DNA of 64,000 nucleotides from Heterodontus francisci (taxonomy: Eukaryota). The stretch is taken from the NCBI RefSeq assembly GCF_036365525.1, contig NC_090404.1, positions 4,092,001 through 4,156,000 of the forward strand. The letters run 5' to 3'. The translations under genes were made by a program, and so were the position numbers. A model generated the notes under the pieces. The model searched no databases. It was not told the DNA's origin and was given only the letters and a program-made list of their open reading frames with translations. Shown in pieces: positions 51,731-64,000 of this stretch. The first letter of the stretch is position 1; every line of letters begins with the position of its first letter.

Positions 51731-52588
51731 GTGTTGGATGTTACTTTTTATTTATTCCTCACAGCTGCAGCTCTCTTAACTGGTAAGTTCACAATTTACA
51801 CAAGGCCGCCTTTCACATCTTGATCATATAGTTCATCGGTCTGTTCCCTGAAAACAAGGGTAACAATCGATTGATCGGAAGTGAACAAAGCAATCCGGAT
51901 CTACCTTGAGTCAACACTGAACACTGTTTGAGCAAACTCGACAAGCTCCCCCAATAAGAGAAATTGGAAGAGTTGAGCTGAGATTACAGGGGAATGGCAG
52001 ACAGACATGGCCCTCCCCACCAGGGCTAATGACAGACACCGATAGACACACGAGTCTTACACCCACAGGCCGTTTGTCGGCTTCCCTTCACAATCGATCC
52101 CAGCACCTACCTGTTGCAGCTTCTGAACTGTGGAAAGTGTATTTGTGTTTACCTGTCCTGATTTCTCAGTTAAGTATTGGGGGTGACGGGCTGATTCTGG
52201 GAGATAGACGTTGGTTAATTTGATATTGCTCTGTTCTTGCAGGATATTGTCGAGGAGACTCCGTTTCACAGACACCGGCTGTAATCACAGTAAGTGAAGG
52301 AGACGATGTTCGGTTGCACTGTGATTATACAACTACAAGCAGCAGCAATCCTTACCTATTCTGGTACCGTTAGTATCCCAGTGGATACATGGAATATCTG
52401 CTGCAAAGAAACAAATACAGTGAGGACCGAGAAAGATTTCCAGAGGACCGTTTTTCAGCGGAGCTCGATGATTCGATCCGAACCATCCCGCTGAAAGAAT
52501 CTAAAACAGAACTGACAGACTCTGCGGTGTACTACTGCGCACTGAGACCCACAGAGACACAGAGCTGGGCTGATCCTGAACAAAAACT
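51731..52588 (+). pseudogene. TRAV/TRDV: TCR alpha/delta-type V pseudogene 4 (leader 51731-51782, V 52243-52549, RSS 52550-52588)
   Basis: GDSVSQTP..LHCDYTTTSSSNPYLFWYR*YP..RFSAEL..DSAVYYCALRP; single TAG at 52371; leader begins GTG; CACAGAG-23-ACAAAAACT. Confidence 0.93.
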
Positions 52589-52869
52589 GTCAGAGAGTCT
52601 CTCAACATCACAGCAAGTTAGGGAAACATTGTGATTGGAGGCGAGTGTCTGCATTAGTGATTAGAACTTGTACTGTTAATGTTAATATACAGTTATCCTT
52701 TTTCCTGCAATGTTTCACTTTTCAAATAATGATCTAATTTCCTTTTAAAAGTAACGATTGAATCTACCTCCACCAACATTTGCAGGCAGTGTCTTATGGA
52801 GCATAACATCTCGCTGAATAAAGGCAAAATTCTCTTCCTTTTTCCTCTGTTTCTTTTTGCAAGTATCTA

Positions 52870-54345
52870 TGTGTTTTTGCAGATTGGCAACACCGGACAG
52901 CCCGCTTCTACCTCCTTCCGAAAATTCACAAACAAGACTGTCCTGGCAGACCCATCGTTTCAGCCTGTTCCTGCCCCAATGAACTTATTTCTTTCTATCT
53001 TGACTCTATCTTTTCTCAACTGGTCCAGTCTCTTCCCACCTGCATCCGTGACTCTTCTGAAGCCCTACATCGTATTTGACAATTTCCAGTTTCCTGGCCC
53101 ACACCACCTCCTGTTCACGATGGACGTCCAATGTTTCTACACCTCCATCCCCCACCAGGAAAGTCTGAGGGCTCACCGCTTCTTCCTTGAACAGAGGTCT
53201 TCGCTATGCCTGCCTTTTTGTGGGATATGTCGAACATACCTTGTTCCAGTCCAACTAAGGCCCCCTGACCCAACTCGTTTTCTGGTATATTGATGATTGT
53301 ATCGGTGCCGTTTCCTGCACCCGCCCCGAACTGGAAATCATTGTCAACTTTGCTTCTAATTTCCACCCTTCTCTCACCTTCACATGGTCCATCTCCGACA
53401 CATCCCTTCCCTTCCTTGACGTCATTGTCTCCATCTCTCGGGATAGGCTGTCTCATATAAGCCCACAGACTCCCATAACTACCTCGACTACACTTCTTCA
53501 CACCCTACCTCCTGTAAGGACTTTATTTTATTATCCCAGTTTCTCGGTCTCCAAGGCATCAGTTCTGATGATGCAACCTTCGGCAACAGCGCTTCTGACC
53601 TGCTTTCCTCTTTCCTCAACACAGCATTCCCCGTACCATCCCACACCACCTCCCCCGCTCCACCCCCACAGCCACACTGTTGTTGACGGGGCCCTTCAAC
53701 CGTGTCTGGCCTATTTCCCACACTTCTGCCCGCACCCCTTCCCCTCCATCCCAGAACCGCGACAGGGTTCCCCTTGTCCTCACTTTCCACCTCACCAGCC
53801 TCCATATCCAAAGGATCATCCTCCACCATTTCTGCCACGTCCAGCGTGATGCCAATACCAAACGCAGCTTCCCCTCCTCTCCCATGTCAGCATTCCGAAG
53901 GGATCATTCCCTCCGCGGCACCCTAGTCCACTCCTCCATTACCCCCAAAGGCCGTCTCCTTCCTATGGCTCCTTCCCATGCAATCACTGGAGGTGCAATA
54001 CCTGCCCCTTTACCTCCTCTCTCCTCACTATCCACGGTCCGAAACACTCCATTCAGAAGAAGCAGAGGTTTGCTTGTACTTCCTTCAATGCAGTATACTG
54101 TATTCGCTGCTCGCAATGCAGTCACCTCTGCACTCGGGAGACCAAAGGCAGATTGGGTGACCGCTTTCGGGAACAGCTCTGCTCAGTCTAAAAACATGCC
54201 CCGAGCTTCTTGTCGCTTGTCATTTCAATACCCGCACCCGCTCCCACCCATACAAAGTCCCGCCCTCTCCCACCCTCCAACTCCCCCCCCCCCCCCCAAC
54301 TCTGCTCTCTTGACGACTTCTCTGTCCTGGGCTTGCAGCAGTGTT
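52870..54345 (+). mobile_element. Penelope-like retroelement (decayed RT + GIY-YIG)
   Basis: TMDVQCFYTSIPH, YIDD-like, DRVPLVLTFH and YCIRCSQC..GETK motifs. Confidence 0.88.
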
Positions 54346-56515
54346 ACGTGTGCTGTGGACAGAGTGGAACCAGTGGATGGAGCTTACTTAGGTTTCCAGA
54401 AGGCATTTGATAAGGTGCCACATCAAAGATTATTGCAGAAAATAAAAGCTCATGGTGTAGGGGGTAACATATTGACATGGACAGAAGATTGGTTAGCTAA
54501 CAGCAACAGAGAGTCGGCATAAATAGGTCAGTTTCTGAATGGCAAGATGTAACGAATGGTGTGTCACAGGGCTCTGTGCTGGGGCCTCAACTTTTTACAA
54601 TTTATATAAATGACTTCGATGAAGGGACCGAAGGTATGGTTGCTCAATTTGCTGATGACACAAAAATGGCTGGAAAGTAACTTGCAAAGAGGACATAAGA
54701 AGGCTACAAAGGGATGTAGATAGGTTAAGTGAGTGGGATAAGATCTGGAAAAGTGTGCATAATGTGGGAAAGTGTGAGATTGTCCACTTTGGCAGGAAGA
54801 ATATAAATGAAACATGTTATCTAAATGGTGAGAGATTTCCGAGCTGTGAGATGCAGAGGGATCTTGGTGCCCCAGTGCATGAATCGCAAAAGGTTAGTAT
54901 GCAGATACAGCACATAATTAGGAAAGCTAATAGAATGTTATCGTTTAATTGAATACAAAAGTAAGCAGGTTATGCTTCAGCTATAAAGGACGTTGTCGTG
55001 ACCACATCTGGATTACTGTGTACAGTACTGGTTCCTCATTTAAGGAAGGATGTAAATACGTTGGAGGCAGTACAGAGATGGTTTCCGAGATGAATACCTG
55101 GAATGGATGGGCTTTCTTACCAGGAAAGGTCCTGGGGAAAATTGATATACAGAGAGATTTGGGTGTTCAGGTCCATTGTTCCCTGAAGGTGGCATCGCAG
55201 GTCAATAGAGTGGTCAAGAAGGCATACGGCATGCTTTCCTTCATCGGACGGGGTATTGAGTACAAGAGTTGGCAGGTCATGTTACAGTTGTATAAGACTT
55301 TGGTTCGGCCACATTTGGAATACTGCGTGCAGTTCTGGTCGCCACATTACCAAAAGGATGTGGATGCTTTGGAGATGGTGCAGAGGAGGTTCACCAGGAT
55401 GTTGCCTGGTATGGAGGGCGCTAGGTATGAAGAGAAGTTGAGTAGATTGGGATTATTTTCATTCGAAAGACGAAGATGGAGGGGGGACCTGATTGAGGTG
55501 TACAAAATCATGAGAGGTTAGATAGCAAGAAGCTTTTTCCCAGAGTGGGGGATTCAATTACTAGGGGTCATGAGTTCAAAGTGAGAGGGGAAAAGTTTAG
55601 GGGGGATATGCGTGGAAAGTTCTTGACGCAGAGGGTGGGGGGTGCCTGGAACGCGTTGCCAGCGGAGGTGGTAGACGCGGGCATGATAGCATCTTTTAAG
55701 ATGTATCTAGACAGATACATGAATGGGCAGGAAGCAAAGAGATACAGACCCTTAGAAAATAGGCGACATGTTTAGATAGAGGATCTGGATCGGCGCAGGC
55801 TTGGAGGGCCGAAGGGCCTGTTCCTGTGCAGTAATTTTCTTTGTTCTTTGTTCTTTGAAAGATAGGATGAGGTTGGCTTGCATCAGCTGGAACTTAGAGG
55901 AGTAAGAGGCGACTTGATTGAAACATATAATATCTTGAGGGGGCTTGACAGGGTGGATGTGGAAAGGATGGTTCCCCTTGTGGGAGAATCTCAAACTGTT
56001 ACTGTTTAAAATTAAGGTGTCGCCCATTTAAGACCGAGATGAGGAGAATTTTTTTCTCTCAGAGGGTCGGCAGTCTTTGGATTCCTCTTCCTCAAAAGGC
56101 AGTGGAAGCAGAATCTTTGAATATTATTAAGGTAGAGTTAGATATTTTATTTATTTTCATCATTCGTTTTTTAACTATGTGTCTCCCCACTTTTTGTTCG
56201 TGTTTGTGCTTTTGGCTTGGGCTGTTAATTATTCTGTCATTTAACATCCTCTATGCACTCATGCTTCGTCCTTCACCACACGATTGGCACTCTCTTTGCC
56301 TTTGCCCCATGACCTCCTTGTCTGTTAATCGCTGACCATCTGTCCTATCAACACTTTCCCTTTTGTTCCCTTTACCCCCAACCCCGCTTTATTTGTATCT
56401 AAGCTGTTACATTTCTAAACTTTGCCAATTCTGATGAAAGGTCAGTCACATGAAACGTTAACTCTGCTTCTCTCTCCTCAGATGCTGAGTGTTTCCATCA
56501 CGTTTTATTTTTATT
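54346..56515 (+). mobile_element. CR1 remnant with nested younger CR1 (~55130-55858), followed by a Penelope terminal repeat (56140-56515)
   Basis: RT motifs; (ttctttg)n tail; ctgatgaaagg..gaaacgttaact at about 56430. Confidence 0.85.
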
Positions 56516-56703
56516 AATGTTTTTGTGTCCAGCTGTTACTGACCCTCCCTCACACGGGCAACAGTTTCTCTTTATTCACTCCATCAAAATCTATTTTTTC
56601 TTCATATGTCACTCAGTGATCTTTTATTCTTTATATTGTATCCTGCTTTTGTTGGGATTTACTATTCACACATTCTCTAAATGTTTCTCTCTCTATCCTG
56701 CAG

Positions 56704-57048
56704 AGAGCGGCCTTGAAGGCATCACTCATCAACGAAAAGAAGATGTGACAGCTCGGGGAGGAGTGATCTCCACCATGACCAGCTCCTATACTGAGGTGAC
56801 GAGAGTTTGCCTGGAATGGTAGCGGGATGGTCTCTCCGTGGATCCGGAGAAATTCTCATCCACTGCACCGACGGGTTCATTGACAATTCGTCTTTTGCAA
56901 CCCGGCGCTTCACCACATCTTTGGTCAAAAAATACACGGCCGTCAGTGAAACAGTTTCACAGGTGGCAGCTGCCGATACCAGGAAATACTTCTGAGTCTT
57001 AACACCGCACACAGCCGTGTAGGTTGGGAAAGAGCCTATACATAAACT
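56704..57048 (+). pseudogene. TRAV/TRDV: Divergent TCR-type V pseudogene 5
   Basis: cctgcAG acceptor; GITHQ..LEW*R..[frameshift]..RRFTTSL..AADTRKYF*V; CACAGCC(57010)-23-ACATAAACT. Confidence 0.72.
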
Positions 57049-57834
57049 GAAGATGTTATGACAAGAATACTGTGTCAGTGAACTCGCGGTATCATTGTAT
57101 TTCATGATCGCTACTGAGTGCAATGGTTTAATGGAGAAGCGTAACAATTCTTTCATCCATTTTTCCCTCAGTGTATTATAAACGGACAGATTGACAATTT
57201 TATCGAACATTGTGCACCCAAAGGATTTTATTTTTGTTGACCACAAATTACCGATATCTCGAAAACACTTGGACTCCCAAATTCCTTCATTCCTCCACAA
57301 GAGTCAGCGTCAGAATCAATGACACCATTTCTGGCACAGAATTCCACATTCATACTTCTTACTTTGTGATAAACTTCCTTTTATTTAAAAGTCAATCTTC
57401 TGCTGTTTGAAAGCTCACACTATTGGCTATCTTTATTGTCGCTGTTTCCACAGGGACCAGCAGAGTTTCTTCTTTGCTTTGCATTGTTACAGTCCATTTT
57501 ACCAGATTGTGTTGATGAGCGGTCACCTCTTCCTGGGAATGCCCCGCCCACCCACCCCCAACACCTTGGATTCAGTCTCCAATCCTCTCAGTGATCCTCT
57601 CCGCTCAAGAGGACACCTGTCGGGACCCAGGAACCTCCCGGCAGAAAGGAGGTTCTGTTTGGAATGACTCCGTGATTGACTGGGCAGAGGAGGGCTGAAG
57701 CTCCCACAATTCACAGCAGCTATCAAACGCCTGGGATGTCGCTGACAGTGACGTTTCAGTCAATGATATTGCATTTGCGAATGTGTGGGTCGTGAGCCAT
57801 CTGACATCAGCAAACAAGACCTTCAAGTTTTTGA

Positions 57835-58758
57835 AAGCAAGAAATGCTGGAAATACTCAGTAGGTCTGGCAGCATCTGTGGAGAAGAAGCAGAGTTAATG
57901 TTCACTGAAACGGACAGAGATGTGAGCTTGAGAGCGGGGGGACTGTTGAAATCGCAAGCAACCGGAAGCTCGGGGTCATGCTTTCAGGCTTGGCGGAGGT
58001 GTTCCACAACGCGGTCACCCAGTTTGCGTTTGGTCTCCCCAATGGAGAGGAGACCATATTGTGAGCAGCGAATACAGTATACTACAGTGAAAGAAGTATG
58101 AGTAAATCGTTGGTTCACCTGAAATGAGTGTTTGGGGCATTGGATAGTGAGGAAAGAGGAGGTAAAGGGGCAGGTATTACACCTTCTGCGATTGCAGGGG
58201 AAGGTGCCTTGGGAAGGGGACGAGGTGGAGTGGGTAATGGAGGAGTGGACCAGGGTGTCGCGGAGGGAATGATCCCTTCAGAATGCAGACATGGGAAGGG
58301 AGGGGAAGATGCATTTGGTATTGGCATCACGCTGGACGTGGCGTAAATGGCGCTGGATGATCCCTTTGAATATGGAGACTGATGGGGTGGAAACTGAGGA
58401 CAAGGGGAACCCTGTCGCGGTTCTGAGAGGGGGGAAGGAGTGAGGGTAGGGGTGCGGGGAATGGGCCGGACATGGTTGAGGGTCCTGTCAACCACAGAAG
58501 GGGGAATTCCTTGGTTGAGGAAAAGGGGAAGTCATATCAGAAGCGCTGTCATGGAAGGTAGCATCATCAGAGCAGATCCATCGGAGACAGAGAAACTGGG
58601 AGATTGGAATGGAGTCCTTACAGGAGGCTGGGTGTGATGAAGTGTAGTCAAGGTGGCTGTGGGAGTCGGTGGGATTATAATGGATATTAGCAGATAGCCT
58701 ATCCCCAAAGATGGAGACAGAGAAGTCGAGGAAGGGAAGGGCAGTGTCGGAGATGGAC
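57835..58758 (-). mobile_element. Penelope-like element fragment
   Basis: LPFLDFSV..PTDSHSHLDYTSSHP..KDSIP motif; paralog of 52870-54345. Confidence 0.88.
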
Positions 58759-58960
58759 GGTTTCCCATGATATTTCCTGAATCTGTAACTCTTCAATGCA
58801 GGAGCATCTCTGACGGAGCAGAAATACAAATCCCACTCCCCCAACACTGCTGATCCAACCAATGACAAGAATGGACCCGCGGCAGCACTCCCTCCAATAA
58901 CACAATCGGTTCAGAGCAAGAGCAGCAAAGGGAAGTTGTGGGCGAGGATGCCGCAGACTC
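58759..58960 (-). pseudogene. Orphan V promoter/5'UTR and leader start (MGNR), paralog of 47170-47375
   Basis: gagttacagattcaggaaatatcATGggaaac versus gagttacagactcagaaagcatcATGtggaac; cut by the Penelope element. Confidence 0.7.
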
Positions 58961-59529
58961 AAAATTTGAGTGAAGTGTGAGGCGACACTCTGCTGCACTC
59001 GGAACTGATTGAGCGGGAATAGTGTCTGTTGAATCTCCAGAATTCTGTGGCTATTCTCCACCTGCTTACTGTTCAGTTGACTGGGAAATTTAGAGTGGAA
59101 GGAGAATGAAGGTACCAGAATAATAGAATCTGAGAGCACAGAGTGAGGCCATTCGGCCTATACTCCCTATGCCTCTTTGGAAGAGTTCACTAATTCATAC
59201 CTCACCCCCTACATTTTTCGCATTGTCCTGCTTTGTTGTTCATTTTCAAGTATATATAGAAATCCCTTTCGGAAATTACTGTTCAATCTGCTTCCACCAC
59301 CCTTTCAAGCAGTACATTCCAAATCTTAACAAATCACCGTGTATTAAATATAACTCAATTTTCCCTGTCATTTTTCTGCAACTCTTTTAATTTGGAGTCC
59401 TTGGGATACACAATTTTATGCCAGTGGAAACAGTTACGTGCAATCTACTCTATACTGATATATGGAGAACAATCCCAGCTTTCTCTCGTCCCTCTGCATA
59501 AAGGTTCATCATTTTACTTATTCTTTAAT

Positions 59530-60650
59530 CGGGGGTGGGCATCTCTGGTGAGGTCAGTATTTAATACCTGTCTCTACTTGCCTTTGATAAGGTGGCGGTG
59601 AGCTGCCTTCTTGAACTACCGCAGTCCTGGGGGTGCAGGTTCACCCACAGTGCTATTAGGAAGGCAGCTCCAGGATTTTGACCCAGCAACAGTGAAGGAA
59701 CGGCGCTTTCGTTTCAAGTCAGGATGGTGTGTGGTTTGGAGGGGAACTTGCAGCTGCTGGCATTCCTACGTTTCTACCGTCCTTGTCCTTCTAGGTGTTA
59801 GAGATCACGGGAATGGAAGGTACTGTCCAAGGCGTCTTGGTGCGTTGCTGCAGTGCATCTTGTAGATGGTACACACTGCTGCTACTGTGTATGGGTGGTG
59901 GAGTGAGTGAATGCTGAAGGTTGTGGATGTGGTGCCGATCAAGCGGGCTGCATTCTCCTGGATGGCGTCGAGCTTCCTGTCTGTTGTTGGAGCTGCACGC
60001 ATACAGGCAAATGGAGGGTATTCCATCACACTCCAGACTTATGCATGTAGGTGGAGGACAGGCTTTGTGGAGACAGTAAGTTAGTTACTCGCTGCAGAAT
60101 TCCTAGCCTCTGACCTGCTCTAGTAGCCATAGTACTTTTATGGCTGGTCCAATTCAGTTTCTGGTCAATGATAACCTGCAGAATTAGGTCCGTGGGGGGT
60201 TCAGCAATGGCAATGGTATTGTACATCAAGGGAAGATGGTTCGATTCTCTTTTGTTTGAGATGGTCATTGCCTGGCTCCTGCGTTGTGTGAAGTTTACCT
60301 GCCACTTATCAGCCCAAGCCTGGATGTTGTCCAGTTCTTGCTGCATCTGGATACGGACTGCCGCGAATGGTGCTGAACATTGTGCAATCCTCAGCGAATA
60401 TACCAATTCTGACCTTATTATTGAAGGAAGGTCATTGACGAAGCAGCTGAGGATGGTCTTTCCTAGGACACTACCCTGAGGAACTCATGCAGTGATGTCC
60501 TGGGACTGAGATGATTGACCTCCAACAACCACAACCATCTTCATTTGTCCAGGTATGACTCCAACCAGCGGAAATGTTCCCCCTTGATTCTCATGGGCAC
60601 CCGTTTTGCTCAGGCTCCTTGATGCTCTACTCCTGCTACCATTTTGGTTT
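59530..60650 (-). mobile_element. LINE (CR1-group) RT 3' remnant
   Basis: QQELDNIQAWADKWQVNF, IDQKLNWTSH motifs. Confidence 0.8.
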
Positions 60651-61289
60651 ACTTCCTCTGCACACGCACCAATGTCTTGAGATTCTTTTTCAATAGTGGG
60701 GACAGCTGTTAAGCTAACAGGCATATAATTTCCTGCTGTCTGTCACACCCCTTTTTGCGAGTTTTCAATCCTCTCGGAGGTTTCCAGAATCTAGGGTATT
60801 TTGGGAGATTGCAACCAATACATCCACTATCTCTACAGCGACTTATTTTAAAGGGAGATGGAGTGGAGCAATGTGAGGGGATCCCTCGGCTGGTGTTCAG
60901 TGAGTTCAGGAAGATGGTATCAGAGGGAATGGAGCATGGAGAGAAGATTCCTGGGGTGATCTTCGGTGAGTTCAAGGAGATGGTGTAAGAGGGAATAGAG
61001 CAGAACAAAGAGGAAGTTCAACTGAGGCGGGGGGGGGGGAGGCAGGGGGGTGCGGAGGGCAAATAACGAGGTATAGTAGAAATGATGGAGGCAGTGATCC
61101 AACATGTGCATAACAGAAAAGTGGACACTGTGTGTGTATCTGACAGAACAGGTGGACAGTGTGGTTTGTGTATATATCAGTAAATTTGAAGTTAGAGTCT
61201 ATGTGTCAGATAGACCTCAGAATCCGGGGCTCATTCCTACCGTTTGTCCTCCCTCTTGTGTCTACCAGACTCTGGGAGTCATCCCAGCA

Positions 61290-64000
61290 ATTAAATTGAT
61301 TCAAATTCATTGAAACCCTAATTAACTATTTAATTAATAAATAGAGGAGCAACTAATCCGGAGGGAGGAGATTACTGCATTTAATATTTATAGTAGAAGG
61401 CTAGCGCTAGGGACCATATAGTTAATTGTAACTTTATTTAGTAAGGATTTAATAAGTATTTCTTTTAAATTAATGTATTAATTAGTGCTAGAAATGTCTG
61501 TTAGAGGGATAAAGTGCTTCACCTGTGAGATGTGGGAGGTCCATGACACTTCCAGCATTGCGGACAACGTCATCTGCAAGAAGTGTACCCAATTGCAGCT
61601 CGTCACAGACCGCATGGATCGGTTGGAGCAGCAATTGGATGCGCTTAGGAGCATGCAGGTGGTGGAAAGCATCATAGACAGGAGTTTTAGAGATGTGGGT
61701 ACACCCAAGGTGCAGGCAGATGGATGGGTGACCGCTAGAAGGGGCAGGCAGTTAGTGCAGGAATCCCCTGTGGCTGTCCACCTCTCTAACAAGTATACCG
61801 TTTTGGATACTGTTGGGAGGGATGGCCTATCAGGGGAAAACAACAGCAGCAGCCACAGCAGTGGCACCACGGCTGGTTCTGTTGTTCAACAGGGAGAGAC
61901 AAAGCGCAGAAGAGCATTAGTTCTTGGGTACTCTATAGTCAGGGGCACAGATAGGCGCTTCTGAGGTCGTGAAAGAGACTCTAGGATCGGACACTGCCTT
62001 CCTGGTGCCAGGTTCAATGATGTCTCTGAATGGGCAGGGGGCATTCTGAAGGGGAAGGTGAACAGCCAGAGTTTGTGGTACACACTGGTACCAACGACAT
62101 AGGCAGGAAGAGTGACAGGGTTCTGCAGGAGGAATAACTTAGGTTGTAAGTTAAAAAACAGGACCTCTCGGGTTGTAATTTCGGGATTACTCTCTGTGCC
62201 ACGTGCCAGTGAGGCGAGAAATAAGAAGATAGTGCAGCTGAACACGTGGCTAAACAGCTGGTGTAGGAGGGAGGGTATCAGATATCTGGATCATTGGGAT
62301 CTCTTCCGGGGCAGGTGGGACCTGTACAAGAAGGACGGGTTGCATCTAAACTGGAGGGGCACAAATGTCCTGGCCGCAACTTTTGCTCACGTCACTCGGG
62401 AGGGTTTAAACTCGTGTGGCAGGGGGGAGGGAACAAGAGCAGTTGGTCAGCAGGTGAAGCAACTGAGGGGGAACTAGTAAATAAGGCCAGTAAGACTGAG
62501 AGGAAGAGCAGGCAGGGAGATGTTGCTGTGCACTGCGGGACTGGTGGTCTGAAGTGCATTTGTTTCAGTGCGAGAAGTATAACAGGCAAGGCAGATGAAA
62601 TTAGAGCTTGGATTAGTACTTGATGTTGTTGCTATTACAGAGATTTGGTTGAGGGAAGGGCAGGATTGCCAACTAAATGTTCCAGGATTTAGAAGCTTCA
62701 GGCGGGATAGAGGGGGGTGCAAAAGGGGTGGGGGAGTTACATTACTGGTTAAGGAGAATATCACAGCTGTACTGCGGGAGGATACCTCGGAAATCTCATG
62801 CAGCAAGGCATTATGCAGAGCTCAGGAATAGGACGGGTGCAGTCACAATGTTGGGGCCTCCCAACAGCCAGCGGGAGAGAGAGAAGCATATATGTAGATA
62901 GATTTTGGAAAGATGTAAAAGCAACAGGTTTGTTGTGGACGGTAATTTAAACTTCCCCTATATTGACTGGGACTCAATTAGTGTTAGGGGCTTGGATGGG
63001 GCAGAATTTGGAAGGAGCATCCAGGGGGGCTTCTTGAAACAATGTGTAGATTGTCCAACTAGGGAAGGGGCCGTACTGACCCTGGTATTGGGGAATGAGC
63101 CCAGCCAGGTTATCGAAGTTTCTGTAAGGGAGCATTTCCGGAACGGTAGCCATAATTCCGTAAGTTTTAAGGTTCTTGTGGATAAGGATAAGAGTAGTCC
63201 TCCGGTGAAGGTGCTAAATTGGAGGAAGGCTAATTATAACAATATTAGGCAGGAACTGAAGAATTTAGATTGGGGGCGGCTGTTTGAGGGTCAATCAACA
63301 TCTGACATGTGGGAGTCTTTCAAACGTCAGTTGATTAGAATCCAGGACCGGCATGTTCCTGTGAGGATGAAAGATAAGTTTGGCAAGTTTTGGGTACCTT
63401 GGATAACGAGGGATATTGTGAGCCTAGTGAAAAAGTAAAAGGAAGCATTCGTAAGGGCGAGAAGGCTGGGAACATACGAAGCCCTTGAGGAATATAACGA
63501 AAGTAGAAAGCAACTTAAGCAAGGAGTCAGGAGGGTTAAAAGCGGTCATGAAAAGTCTTTGACAAACAGGATTAAGGAGAATCCCACGGCTTTATATACG
63601 TATATAAAGAACAAGAGGGTAGCAAGGGTAAGGGTTGGCCCACTCAAGGACAGAGGAGGAAATCTATGCGTGGAGCCTGAGGAAGTGTGCGAGGTACTAA
63701 ATGAGTACTTTGTATCAGTATTCACCCAAGAGAAGGACTTGGTGGATGATGAGGCCGGGGAAGGGAGTGTAGATAGTCTGGGTCATGTCGATATCAAAAA
63801 GGAGGAGGTGTTGGGTGTCTTGAAAAACATTAAGATCGAGATGTCCCCAGGGCGTGATGGGATCTACTACCCCAGAATACTGAGGGAGGCAAGGGAGGAA
63901 ATTGCTGGAGCCTTGACTGAAGTCTTTGTATCCTCATTGGCGACAGGTGAGATCCCAGAGGAGAGGAAAATAGCCAATGTTGTTCCTTTGTTTAAGAAGG
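61290..64000 (+). mobile_element. CR1 LINE with 5' end: ORF1 (zinc finger/leucine zipper + SGNH-type esterase) and ORF2 APE; decayed, runs off the window
   Basis: CFTCEMWE..CKKC, LVLGYSIVRG, GTND, DGLHLN; ORF2 (N)ARSI, AITEIWL, GNLNFP. Confidence 0.92.

Noticed and set aside
58790-58840. DLYFCSVRD resembling a V-segment end
   Set aside because: No RSS; the region aligns with the 5'UTR/promoter of pseudogene 1.

Overview
Cartilaginous-fish (shark; the Ig sequences recall horn shark Heterodontus IgM, which is an inference) genomic DNA from an antigen-receptor region. The left end holds an apparently intact, unrearranged IgM-type heavy-chain cluster on the minus strand. It comprises promoter, leader, VH (23-RSS), D1 (12/22), D2 (12/12), JH (23-RSS), a 7.4-kb J-C intron, and the first 9 nt of the CH1 exon (ATP..) at the window edge. 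About 37 kb upstream of the VH lies a set of TCR alpha/delta-type V segments (46.7-57.0 kb), all pseudogenes and in both orientations, plus an orphan V promoter/leader start at 58.8 kb. The interval and flanks are dominated by CR1, RTE, Rex1-like and Penelope-like retroelements (with hammerhead-ribozyme-type motifs), HE1-like and Deu-type SINEs, and minisatellites. An unidentified spliced 2-3 exon unit is duplicated five times there. Two assembly gaps (10938-11245, 25452-25606) lie between the Ig cluster and the TCR V segments. Most ORFs in the supplied track are retroelement fragments or spurious.
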